64,000 nt of DNA from an uncultured Ectothiorhodospiraceae bacterium. GTDB taxonomy: Bacteria; Pseudomonadota; Gammaproteobacteria; S012-40. Positions 9,675 to 19,077 of this stretch are shown here, piece after piece. Position 1 is the first letter of the stretch. The number at the start of each line of letters is the position of its first letter. The translations under genes were made by a program, and so were the position numbers. The notes under the pieces are model-generated. The model was not told where the DNA came from, did no database searches, and saw only the letters and a program-made list of their open reading frames with translations. The stretch lies in the NCBI GenBank assembly GCA_945787125.1, contig CALZHW010000002.1, positions 22,900-86,899 of the forward strand. Reading direction: 5' to 3'.

Positions 9675-11552
9675 ATGACAGAAAATTTCCAGAAAATTTT
9701 GCTTAGCCCGTTGTTCATGGGGCGTGAAACGGAATACAAATTACATTTGTGGTTGGATTCTAATCCCCCAGAAAAAATGAATGTTAGCCCATTTAAGCAA
9801 ATCGTGTTTGAGGATGGTGTGCGTTGCTTTGAAGCGGAGCTGGAATGCGGTGACGGTTTTCTGACTAAAAAAGTTTTCTTGGGTTTAATCGGCGAAAATC
9901 CGCCAAACAAAATCTTTCACTCTGAGCTCATGCAGCTGATCAAGGCGAGTCATTTACCAAAGCAGGTAGCGATGGCGTTTGGCGATGAGTATCCGTTCAC
10001 TATATTTCCATTGTTATATTGCCGTGAAAAAAATGATTTCATGGCCATACCGACTAAGGATAAAGGCAAACCTTTTTCTCAGCTACTGGCATCGATTGAC
10101 AGCAGCGAAGAGGCAGATGATTACGCTTGTGTTAATTGCGCTGAAAGGCCAAAGTGTTTTGGTATTGAGCGCAATGTAGAACAGGCTTTATCGATTTTCA
10201 ATGCGGGCCCAGCAGGTTTGTTTTTGCTGGATAATTATCCGCTTAATCTGCTGGAGTCGTCGCAACTTATTGGCTGCAGCGATACCGAAGATCGCGCACT
10301 TTATCTGGAAAACCTGGCTGAACAGCAGCCTGCCCGGGTTGATTACCTTAAAGGTTTGACATTTCAATCCTACAAAGAAAGAAATGTAACGCAAACGACG
10401 GTTGAGAAGTTACGCCTATTTGAATCTGTCATCAATTACCTGAAATCTTTAGTGCAAGAAAATAAGGATGTATTGTCAATATTTCAACACGATCAACTTT
10501 ATGTCAATGATAGCTGCGCAACTTCGCAGACGTTAACTCTTTCATTGCTGCCTTTTTCCAGCAAAAAGCCCATTGAACATCAAGAGACACCTAATGGTTT
10601 TAATAGTGCAACCGCGCGGATCTTTGAGGAGCAGCAGTCTTATTGTATTGAATTTAGAAAAAACCTGAGCGACTTGTCGGTATTGGCCGTTGGGGACCGT
10701 TGTTTAATAGAGCTAGAAGACGATGGAAGTGGGTCTGCTAGAGTATTTTGTCAGGTGAATCGGGTTGAAAATGATTTTTATCAATTAGATCTGCAGCTGC
10801 AAAAAGATCAATCACTAGAGGATGTTCTCGTTTGTTTTCCGCAAGAGATGTTTAAACCGGTGAAATATCTTGTTGTGGAAAAAATGCCAGTTTTATCCGA
10901 TCAGTTATTCATGTGTTTTTTAAGTATTTTGCTGAAAAATTCCGTATTGGAAGAGCAAGAGTTACGTCATGCTCAGCAAATACTTTTACCGCTTTTGAAA
11001 ACGCAGAAAAATCTTAATGCCAATGATATGGCGCAAATGATTAATACAAATAGTGCTTTATCGGTGGTATTTCGTCAGGAAAATATTTATTACAAACCAT
11101 CAACGAAAGTCGGATACAAACTTTCATCTATTCACTGGTTAAAAATTATCGTCTGGATGTGTCAGACCGCTTATTATTTTGAAAAGAGTGCTGATGAGAA
11201 AGAGTCTGCAGAAATTATCGAATTTTTTGATTCAGCCTGCAATGAATTGGGGAGTTTGATTGATGAAATTGAGGCGTGTGTGCTCGATCCGGAAGTAGAG
11301 ACTGATGATCAGGATGAAATATTAAAGAAAGTACTGACAGAATTAATTGCTGATGAGGTTTGGTTAAACGCTGTCCTGGCGCTGGATGAACCGGATGAAA
11401 CTCCTTTGCATATAGTGGCTGACATCCCAGATGATGATAGTAGATCCTCGCGTAAGGATGAAGTTCCACTGCAAGCATCAAACCATAAACTTGATCAAGA
11501 CAATGATCGTACAATGATAATGCCGGCAAACAATGCATCAAGAAACCGTTAA
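9675..11552 (+). CDS. Hypothetical protein (island gene 2, 625 aa), with Cys-cluster and acidic C-terminal tail
   Basis: A 1.9 kb ORF with no recognisable family. It has Cys motifs (RCFEAELECGDGF, and a CxxCx5C motif CVNCAERPKCFG) and a strongly acidic C-terminus (DEPDETPLHIVADIPDDDSRS). It overlaps the next gene by 20 nt. Confidence 0.55.
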   Translation: MTENFQKILLSPLFMGRETEYKLHLWLDSNPPEKMNVSPFKQIVFEDGVRCFEAELECGDGFLTKKVFLGLIGENPPNKIFHSELMQLIKASHLPKQVAMAFGDEYPFTIFPLLYCREKNDFMAIPTKDKGKPFSQLLASIDSSEEADDYACVNCAERPKCFGIERNVEQALSIFNAGPAGLFLLDNYPLNLLESSQLIGCSDTEDRALYLENLAEQQPARVDYLKGLTFQSYKERNVTQTTVEKLRLFESVINYLKSLVQENKDVLSIFQHDQLYVNDSCATSQTLTLSLLPFSSKKPIEHQETPNGFNSATARIFEEQQSYCIEFRKNLSDLSVLAVGDRCLIELEDDGSGSARVFCQVNRVENDFYQLDLQLQKDQSLEDVLVCFPQEMFKPVKYLVVEKMPVLSDQLFMCFLSILLKNSVLEEQELRHAQQILLPLLKTQKNLNANDMAQMINTNSALSVVFRQENIYYKPSTKVGYKLSSIHWLKIIVWMCQTAYYFEKSADEKESAEIIEFFDSACNELGSLIDEIEACVLDPEVETDDQDEILKKVLTELIADEVWLNAVLALDEPDETPLHIVADIPDDDSRSSRKDEVPLQASNHKLDQDNDRTMIMPANNASRNR

Positions 11553-12243
11553 TTCACCCGATTTATCTATGTTGATGCTTAAGCTGAGCGATCAGCCAAT
11601 GAGTGTCAAAACACGTGCGCTGAAAATTTACTGCCTGTCGCAATTGCGTTACATATCGAGAAAAGAGATCATGACATTTCTTGCCATGGCTAACAGTACG
11701 TCGACAATTGATTATGCATTATTACAAGACGGTATTGATGCGTTGTTGAAGTCATCTCGCTTGATTCACAATAGATTGCGTGAAAAGTTGAACGCGATTA
11801 ATCAGGAACTATTTGCTGAAACCTTGCCTGACGAAAATGACGATCAATTGCTGGGGAAGTTATCAGTTCAGCTTTTTGATGTTAAACAGAAAATTCTTAC
11901 AGTAGCGCAGGCATCGAATGAAAACATGAATTCACTGCCGCAGGCATTAGAGGTGATTGAGCGCCAGGCGGCTAATCGACAAAAAGCGATGTATGAAGCC
12001 GTGCAAATCATTATTGATCGACTGATTGACTCATTTGATCCGGAGTCATTCGAGAAATTCATCGATAAGAAAGTCATGAGAGTTGGCCCGTTAAAGAAAG
12101 CGGCGATGCTTGATGTGGCGAAAGATAAATATGAGCAAGTTGCTGCCTACCAGAAAGAGGGTAAAATGTTACGTGATTTCAAAGTGCACTATAAGTCTCA
12201 GTTGAAAAAACTAAATCAGCTGAGTGAAAACCCAGTAAAATAA
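11533..12243 (+). CDS. Hypothetical coiled-coil protein (island gene 3, 236 aa)
   Basis: It is translationally coupled (20-nt overlap) to island gene 2. Its composition is helical and charged, and I recognise no motifs. Confidence 0.5.
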   Translation: MHQETVNSPDLSMLMLKLSDQPMSVKTRALKIYCLSQLRYISRKEIMTFLAMANSTSTIDYALLQDGIDALLKSSRLIHNRLREKLNAINQELFAETLPDENDDQLLGKLSVQLFDVKQKILTVAQASNENMNSLPQALEVIERQAANRQKAMYEAVQIIIDRLIDSFDPESFEKFIDKKVMRVGPLKKAAMLDVAKDKYEQVAAYQKEGKMLRDFKVHYKSQLKKLNQLSENPVK

Positions 12244-12518
12244 TAAGTCTAATAGCATCGGTATATTAAGTTATAATATGCCCAGTCTTTTTTTAAGCCT
12301 AGAATTTAGTCCGCAGATGTAGATAAAATCCACTATAACCCTTGATTTTATAAAATAATTTACCTATGATACGCGGTCATGGGCATATGGCTCTTTAATG
12401 AATAAGATTTTAAATTATGAAGAAAGCGCAATTATGATGTAAATCAAAGGCTTAGCGCTTGGTTGTTACTTCAATGACCAGAGTTTGTGACTCTGTGTTT
12501 GTAATTTGAAGAGAATTT

Positions 12519-12548
12519 AAAAAAGTGGGCCATTGGCCCACTTTTTGT
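12519..12548. terminator. Perfect GC hairpin flanked by an A-run and a T-run (bidirectional intrinsic terminator) just upstream of rimP
   Basis: The sequence is aaaaaagtgggccattggcccactttttg, with stem gtgggcc/ggcccac and loop att. Confidence 0.6.
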
Positions 12549-12561
12549 TTACAGGGGTTTC

Positions 12562-13014
12562 ATGCGTAAGAATACAGTACTGGAGAGCATGATTGAGCCG
12601 GTTGTATCCGGGTTAGGGTACGAGTTTGTTGGGCTTGAATATATGCCACAAGGTAAACATTCCATATTAAGGATCTTTATCGATTCTGAAAATGGGATCA
12701 CCCTGGATGACTGCTCAGCGGTAAGCCGCCAGGTCAGTGCAGTGCTGGATGTAGAAGATCCCATTAGTGGTGAATATAATTTAGAGGTTTCATCGCCGGG
12801 TGTAGATCGACCGCTGTTCACCCTGGATCATTTTAGAAAGTTTGAAGGTCATCGGTGTGTGGTTCGAATGAAAGTACCCATTGATGGTCAGCGAAAATTT
12901 ACCGGGATTATTCGTGCTGTGGAAGATCAGCATATCGTTCTAGCGATGGCAGATAAAGAAGTTAATTTAAGCTTCGATCTTCTGGACAAAGCGAGTTTGG
13001 TGCCTGAATTTTGA
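12562..13014 (+). CDS. rimP: Ribosome maturation factor RimP
   Basis: 150 aa, with the conserved position directly upstream of nusA-infB. Confidence 0.9.
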   Translation: MRKNTVLESMIEPVVSGLGYEFVGLEYMPQGKHSILRIFIDSENGITLDDCSAVSRQVSAVLDVEDPISGEYNLEVSSPGVDRPLFTLDHFRKFEGHRCVVRMKVPIDGQRKFTGIIRAVEDQHIVLAMADKEVNLSFDLLDKASLVPEF

Positions 13015-13056
13015 ATTTTATGTTTGTAGATATTAGTGCTTTGGAGACTGGAAGCA

Positions 13057-14550
13057 ATGAGTAAGGAAATTTTACTTGTAGTCGATGCTGTGTCGCATGA
13101 AAAAGGTGTAGAGAAAGATGTTATTTTCGAAGCCATTGAAGCAGCACTTGCGACTGCGACACGTAAAAAATACGGAGAAGATATTGACGCCAGGGTTTTC
13201 ATAGATCGGGTTAGTGGCGATTATGAAACCTTTCGTCGCTGGTTAGTGATGGCTGATGATGATGTGAACTTTGATCACCCATCCCGCGAGATGTTATTTC
13301 CGCAGGCAAAATCCATCAATCCTGAGATCGAACTAGGTCAGTATATAGAAGAGCCCATTGAATCCGTCGCGTTTGGACGTATTGCGGCACAAACTGCCAA
13401 GCAGGTTATCGTACAGAAAGTTCGGGAAGCAGAGCGGGCACAGATTGTCGAGGCTTTTATTGACAGGGAAGGCGAGCTGGTAAACGGGGTTGTCAAACGC
13501 GTCGAAAAAGGCAGCGTGTTTATTGATTTGGGAAGCAATGCTGAAGGCATTATTACCCGCGACAATATGATTCCTCGTGAAGTCATGCGTCCAGGTGACA
13601 GGATACGTGCTTATTTGAAGGAAGTGAAAAGCGAAGTACGTGGACCACAAATATTTCTTAGCCGAGTTGCGCCGGAATTATTAATCGAATTATTTAAACT
13701 TGAAGTCCCTGAAGTCGGTGAAGGTTTAATTGATATTGTTGCCGCTTCACGAGATCCAGGATTACGGGCAAAAATTGCGGTACGCGGCAATGACTCCCGG
13801 ATAGATCCTGTGGGCGCCTGTGTCGGTATGCGTGGCTCTCGAGTTCAAGCGGTGTCCAATGAACTAAACGGTGAGCGGGTTGATATAATCACCTGGGATG
13901 AAAATCCCGCGCAGTTTGTTGTCAATGCCATGTCTCCGGCAGAAGTTCTGTCAATTGTTGTTGACGAAGACAAGCATACGCTGGATGTTGCAGTAGCAGA
14001 AGATCAATTATCTCAAGCGATTGGCCGAGGTGGGCAAAATGTCAGACTCGCTGGCGAGTTGACCGGCTGGGATATTAATGTAATGACTGAGTCTCAAGCG
14101 GAAGAAAAAAGCGAAGCTGAAACCCTGTCCACATTACATGGCTTTAGGGATCAGCTCGGTGTCGATGAAGAAGTCGCGGCGATTTTGGTTGAGGAAGGAT
14201 TTTCAAGTATTGAAGAGATTGCCTACGTACCGAAGCAAGAAATGTTAGGTGTTGAGGAATTTGATGAAGATATGGTTGACGAACTTCGTCAACGCGCTAG
14301 AGATGTGTTACTTACGCAAGCGATCGCCAAGGAAGAACTGGGCGGTGCCGAGCCACAACAGGATTTACTGGAAATGGAAGGCATGACTGCGGAGCTAGCA
14401 AAAGAACTGGCGAAGAACAAAATTTGCTCGATGGAAGACCTCGCTGAACAAGCCGTTGACGAGTTGGTCGAAATTTTAGATATTGACGCAGAAAAAGCGG
14501 CTAGCTTGATCATGAAAGCACGTGAACCTTGGTTTGCTGCTGAAGAATAA
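13057..14550 (+). CDS. nusA: Transcription termination/antitermination factor NusA
   Basis: S1 and KH domains plus two C-terminal acidic repeats. The start is ATG 13057 (MSKEILLVVDAVS) with a GGAG RBS. The longer ORF from 13036 was rejected. Confidence 0.95.
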   Translation: MSKEILLVVDAVSHEKGVEKDVIFEAIEAALATATRKKYGEDIDARVFIDRVSGDYETFRRWLVMADDDVNFDHPSREMLFPQAKSINPEIELGQYIEEPIESVAFGRIAAQTAKQVIVQKVREAERAQIVEAFIDREGELVNGVVKRVEKGSVFIDLGSNAEGIITRDNMIPREVMRPGDRIRAYLKEVKSEVRGPQIFLSRVAPELLIELFKLEVPEVGEGLIDIVAASRDPGLRAKIAVRGNDSRIDPVGACVGMRGSRVQAVSNELNGERVDIITWDENPAQFVVNAMSPAEVLSIVVDEDKHTLDVAVAEDQLSQAIGRGGQNVRLAGELTGWDINVMTESQAEEKSEAETLSTLHGFRDQLGVDEEVAAILVEEGFSSIEEIAYVPKQEMLGVEEFDEDMVDELRQRARDVLLTQAIAKEELGGAEPQQDLLEMEGMTAELAKELAKNKICSMEDLAEQAVDELVEILDIDAEKAASLIMKAREPWFAAEE

Positions 14551-14568
14551 AGGGAAAGTAAAAGAGGA

Positions 14569-17160
14569 ATGAGCATGTCGGAAGTAACGGTAAAACAGTT
14601 TGCGGAAGTCGTTGGGATCCCAGTGGATCGACTTATCTCGCAATTAAGCGATGCAGGTCTGCCGGTTAAAACGTCGGAAGAAACTATTACCGACGATGAA
14701 AAGATGCAGTTGCTGTCCTTTCTGCGTGGTCGGAGAGGTGATTCAGCGGTAGATGCTACACCAAAAAAAATCACTCTGAAAAGAAAATCAGTTAGTGAAA
14801 TCAAACAAAAAACCGGCACCAGCGGTGGTATAGGTCAGGGTAAAACCGGCTCAAGAACCATTAGCGTAGAAGTGCGCAAACGACGTACCTACGTGAAACG
14901 TAGCGATGCGGTAACCGATGAAGATAAAGCTGCGTTAGAAGCCGTTGCCGAAGCAAAAGTTCGTCAAGAAAAAGAGCTTGAACAAGAAGAGCAGAAACGT
15001 GAGAAAAAACAAGAACAAGTGCGTTTGCAGCAGGAAGAAGTATTGATTGCACAAGCCAAACTAGAGCAAGAACAAGCGCAGCAGGCGGAAGAAGTTAGCG
15101 CACCGGTTGCGACAGCAGCAGCCCCGGCTGCCAAAGTCATAAGCAAAGAGCCAGAACTCACAGCTGAAGAAAAGGCAAAAAAACAGGCGGAAGAAACGCA
15201 AGCGCAAGCAGCAAGAGAGGAAAAAGGCGCCAGTAAAAAGAAAAAACGCAAAGATAATAAAGGTCGTGCTGGCGACGAAGGTGGTCGTAAGGAGTTACAT
15301 GTATCTTCTGATAAAGCCGGTAGACGCAAGAAAAAAGGTCGCCAGACACGCAGTACTGCAACGAGTTCTTCGCCCCAACAACATGGTTTTGAAAAACCGA
15401 CCGGCCCGATCGTTAGAGAGATTGGTGTCCCTGAGGCGATTACCGTTGCAGAATTGGCGCAGAAAATGTCAGTTAAAGCCGCCGAGGTTATTAAAGTATT
15501 TATGCGACTCGGTACCATGGCGACTATCAATCAGGTGCTGGATCAAGATACCGCAACACTGGTAGTGGAAGAAATGGGCCATATTGCAAAACCCGTCAGT
15601 GAAAATGCACTCGAAGATGCATTAATGCAGGCAGAAAATCTAGGCGAAGCCGTAACACGCCCTCCAGTAGTTACAATTATGGGGCATGTTGATCACGGTA
15701 AAACATCGCTGTTAGATTACATTCGTCGCGCTAAAGTCGCATCAGGTGAGGCAGGTGGTATTACCCAGCATATTGGTGCTTACCATGTTGATACGGCGAA
15801 AGGTACGGTAACTTTTCTCGATACACCAGGGCATTCGGCATTTACCGCCATGCGTGCGCGTGGCGCAAATGTGACTGACGTGGTTATTCTGGTCGTTGCT
15901 GCTGACGATGGTGTCATGCCGCAGACTAAGGAAGCCATTCAGCACGCCAAAGCTGCAGGCGTACCCATGGTAGTTGCTGTCAACAAAATTGATAAAGAAG
16001 CGGCCGATCCTGATCGCGTTAAAAATGAATTGGCGCAAGAAAAAGTCATTCCTGAAGACTGGGGTGGTGATACGATGTTTGTGCATGTGTCAGCGAAAAC
16101 CGGTGAAGGCATTGATGAATTACTCGATGGTGTATTATTGCAATCCGAAGTATTGGAACTCAGGTCCATTGCCACAGGCCCTGCTAAAGGTGTCATTGTA
16201 GAGTCACGTTTGGATAAAGGTCGTGGTCCAGTTGCGACATTGCTGATTCAGTCAGGTCAATTGAAAAAAGGCGATATTGTACTGGCCGGGCAAGAGTTTG
16301 GTCGGGTGCGGGCCATGATGGATGAGAATGGCAAGCCTATATTGACAGCGGGCCCTTCAATGCCGGTTGAAATTCTCGGTTTATCCGGCACACCGGAAGC
16401 CGGCGATGAAACGATAGTCGTACCTGATGAGAAAAAAGCGCGAGAAATTGCATTGTTCCGCCAAGGTAAATTCCGTGAAATCAAACTTGCCAAGCAGCAT
16501 GCTGCCAAACTTGATAACTTGTTCACTCACATGGAAGAGGGTGAAGTCTCAACCTTAAATGTCCTGTTGAAAACCGACGTTCGCGGTTCATTAGAAGCCT
16601 TATCGGACGCATTGACCAACTTATCCACTGATGAAGTGCGGGTTAAAATTGTTGCCAGCGGTGTTGGTGGAATTACCGAATCTGATGCTAACCTGGCATT
16701 AGCCTCAAGTGCAGTAGTGATTGGCTTTAATGTCCGGGCAGACAATGCCGCTAGACGTTTAATCGAAGAAGAAGGTATCGATCTACATTATTACAGTGTA
16801 ATTTACGATGTAATTGATGAAATTAAATCAGCTATGAGTGGCATGCTTGCACCGGAATTCAAAGAACAGATTCTTGGTTTGGCAGAAGTCCGGGATGTTT
16901 TCCGCTCACCCAAGCTGGGCGCAATTGCAGGTTGTATGGTGACCGAAGGCAGCGTAAAACGTCACCTTCCCATTCGTGTTTTACGCGATAATGTGGTTAT
17001 CTATGAAGGTGAGCTTGAGTCATTGAGACGCTTTAAAGACGATGTCAGTGAAGTGAAAAATGGTACCGAATGTGGGATTGGCGTTAAAAACTACAATGAT
17101 GTCAAGCCCGGTGACCAAATTGAAGTTTATGAACGAGTTAAGGTTGAGCGCACAATTTAA
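14569..17160 (+). CDS. infB: Translation initiation factor IF-2
   Basis: G-domain motifs [14 protein letters not shown] and NKID. The N-terminal region is low-complexity and Lys/Glu/Ala-rich. Confidence 0.95.
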   Translation: MSMSEVTVKQFAEVVGIPVDRLISQLSDAGLPVKTSEETITDDEKMQLLSFLRGRRGDSAVDATPKKITLKRKSVSEIKQKTGTSGGIGQGKTGSRTISVEVRKRRTYVKRSDAVTDEDKAALEAVAEAKVRQEKELEQEEQKREKKQEQVRLQQEEVLIAQAKLEQEQAQQAEEVSAPVATAAAPAAKVISKEPELTAEEKAKKQAEETQAQAAREEKGASKKKKRKDNKGRAGDEGGRKELHVSSDKAGRRKKKGRQTRSTATSSSPQQHGFEKPTGPIVREIGVPEAITVAELAQKMSVKAAEVIKVFMRLGTMATINQVLDQDTATLVVEEMGHIAKPVSENALEDALMQAENLGEAVTRPPVVTIMGHVDHGKTSLLDYIRRAKVASGEAGGITQHIGAYHVDTAKGTVTFLDTPGHSAFTAMRARGANVTDVVILVVAADDGVMPQTKEAIQHAKAAGVPMVVAVNKIDKEAADPDRVKNELAQEKVIPEDWGGDTMFVHVSAKTGEGIDELLDGVLLQSEVLELRSIATGPAKGVIVESRLDKGRGPVATLLIQSGQLKKGDIVLAGQEFGRVRAMMDENGKPILTAGPSMPVEILGLSGTPEAGDETIVVPDEKKAREIALFRQGKFREIKLAKQHAAKLDNLFTHMEEGEVSTLNVLLKTDVRGSLEALSDALTNLSTDEVRVKIVASGVGGITESDANLALASSAVVIGFNVRADNAARRLIEEEGIDLHYYSVIYDVIDEIKSAMSGMLAPEFKEQILGLAEVRDVFRSPKLGAIAGCMVTEGSVKRHLPIRVLRDNVVIYEGELESLRRFKDDVSEVKNGTECGIGVKNYNDVKPGDQIEVYERVKVERTI

Positions 17161-17525
17161 TGGAAAGTGGAAATGGTCGCTCACGCCGGGTTGGCGAGCA
17201 AATCCAGCGCGAGCTGGCGCAACTTATTCAATTTGAAGTTAAAGATCCTAGGGTACAATGGGTGACACTTTCTGCGGTGAATGTTACAAGAGACTTTTCT
17301 CATGCCACGGTGCATTACACTGTGTTAGGGAAAAATGCCAATGAGATTGACCCGTCTGTCGAGGCCGGTTTGAACAATGCGGCGGGATTTCTTCGTCGGG
17401 AACTGGGTCGGCGGATAAAATTGCGTTCTATCCCGCAATTACATTTCAAATATGATGATTCTATCGAGCGCGGTAATCGTCTTGTCAATTTAATCGATCA
17501 GGCCATTGAAGCCGACAAAAAATAA
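17160..17525 (+). CDS. rbfA: Ribosome-binding factor A
   Basis: 121 aa. Its start overlaps the infB stop (taATGg). It sits in the conserved infB-rbfA-truB order. Confidence 0.9.
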   Translation: MESGNGRSRRVGEQIQRELAQLIQFEVKDPRVQWVTLSAVNVTRDFSHATVHYTVLGKNANEIDPSVEAGLNNAAGFLRRELGRRIKLRSIPQLHFKYDDSIERGNRLVNLIDQAIEADKK

Positions 17526-17540
17526 ATGGTGTAAAGTTTA

Positions 17541-18464
17541 GTGGGTGGTAACCGAAAGCGTCGTGGACGTAATATCAGTGGACTCTTGTTGCTTGATAAG
17601 CCGCAAGATATTTCATCAAACAGAGCTTTGCAGCGAGTTAAAGGTATATTCAATGCAAGTAAGGCGGGGCATACAGGCAGTTTGGATCCTTTAGCCACCG
17701 GTTTGTTGCCGATTTGTTTCGGCGAAGCCACCAAATTCTCACATTATTTACTGGACTCCGATAAAACCTACGAAGCCACATGTTTGCTAGGCGTTACAAC
17801 ATCAACGGGTGATAGTGAAGGTGATGTGCTTGAAGAAAAAGCGGTACCAGAAATTTCTCAGGCGCAGTTAGAAGCACTATTCGCCGGTTTTTTAGGTGAA
17901 TATGAACAAACGCCACCGATGCATTCAGCAATTAAACAAAACGGTCAGCCGTTATACAAGCTCGCGCGACAGGGCATTGAAGTTGAGCGTAAATCGCGTC
18001 TAGTTTCACTGTATTCAATTGACTTATTGGGCTTTACTCCACAGACGATAGATTTTCGTGTTTCCTGCTCTAAGGGTACTTACATCAGAACCTTAGCTGA
18101 AGAGTTCGGAGAAAAACTTGGCTGCGGCGCACATATTAGGGCATTACGCCGTACCGGCGTGGGTGAGTTTAATTTAGATGAAGCCGTATCGATGGATCAG
18201 TTGCAAGCACTGCGCGATGAAGATGCATTTGATTTGCTCGATGAATTATTATTGCCAGTAGAATCTCTGCTGACAGACTGGCCAGCCGTCACGCTGTCAC
18301 CAGACGCCGCCCACTATGTCAAACAAGGGCAGCCCGTTATTGCGCCGCGCGCACCCACAGAAGGTTTGGTAATGCTTTTTGAGCGCGAAGGTGCTTTTAT
18401 TGGCGTGGGTGAGATATTAGATGATGGAAGGGTGGCGCCTCGTCGCATGATAAATGCAGCATAA
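17541..18464 (+). CDS. truB: tRNA pseudouridine(55) synthase
   Basis: It has the catalytic Asp motif GHTGSLDPLATGLL and a C-terminal PUA-like region. Confidence 0.9.
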   Translation: MGGNRKRRGRNISGLLLLDKPQDISSNRALQRVKGIFNASKAGHTGSLDPLATGLLPICFGEATKFSHYLLDSDKTYEATCLLGVTTSTGDSEGDVLEEKAVPEISQAQLEALFAGFLGEYEQTPPMHSAIKQNGQPLYKLARQGIEVERKSRLVSLYSIDLLGFTPQTIDFRVSCSKGTYIRTLAEEFGEKLGCGAHIRALRRTGVGEFNLDEAVSMDQLQALRDEDAFDLLDELLLPVESLLTDWPAVTLSPDAAHYVKQGQPVIAPRAPTEGLVMLFEREGAFIGVGEILDDGRVAPRRMINAA

Positions 18465-18772
18465 ACGCAATACCTATCTAAAATCACATGAAATCACACA
18501 AAATCATATGAAATCAACAAATTTTGCGCTATATCGCTTGTTCCTTAACTATTGTAAAGGTAATATACGCGCAGTTTAAGTCACACCTGAATCTGTGAGT
18601 TCACGACTGCGCTTAAATACACGCTCGACATCACGGCGGTTTAAAAATCCCTTGTTTTATGGTAATAGAACCTTATTTTTAGACTATACTGTGATCACAA
18701 TAGTGCGTTGTAGCAGCGTTGAAATAACAAATCCAGGTAGCATCATATTTTAGTAAATAGCAGGAGTCAAAA

Positions 18773-19042
18773 ATGGCATTAGACAATGTAGCCAAAGCAA
18801 AAATCGTTCAGGACAACCAAGTCACAACTGATGATACTGGTTCACCTGAAGTACAAATCGCTTTGTTATCCGCACGTATCGACGATTTATCTGTACATTT
18901 CAAATCACATATACACGATCATCACTCACGTCAAGGTTTACTGAAAATGGTAAGCTCACGTCGTAAATTGCTGGATTATTTGAAAAAGAAAAATCTTGAT
19001 CGTTACCGCAACTTGATTGCAAAACTCGGTTTACGCAAGTAA
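18773..19042 (+). CDS. rpsO: 30S ribosomal protein S15
   Basis: 89 aa ([16 protein letters not shown]...). It sits in the conserved position upstream of pnp. Confidence 0.95.
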   Translation: MALDNVAKAKIVQDNQVTTDDTGSPEVQIALLSARIDDLSVHFKSHIHDHHSRQGLLKMVSSRRKLLDYLKKKNLDRYRNLIAKLGLRK

Positions 19043-19077
19043 TACAGCAATACGCAGCAACATCTAAGGAATAAATT

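Noticed and set aside
9554-9910. 118-aa minus-strand ORF
   Set aside because: It starts inside the PAL-1 palindrome and runs antisense into island gene 2.
12244-12560. Expected tRNA-fMet (metY) upstream of rimP, as in E. coli
   Set aside because: I found no cloverleaf-compatible sequence with the conserved TPsiC-loop motif (GTTCGAATC or similar). The region holds only AT-rich DNA and a terminator-like hairpin.
14289-15530. Long minus-strand ORFs (176 aa, 188 aa) inside nusA/infB
   Set aside because: They are antisense to strongly supported nusA and infB coding sequence. They are Ser/Ala/Cys-rich frame artefacts of the Lys/Glu/Ala-rich sense strand.
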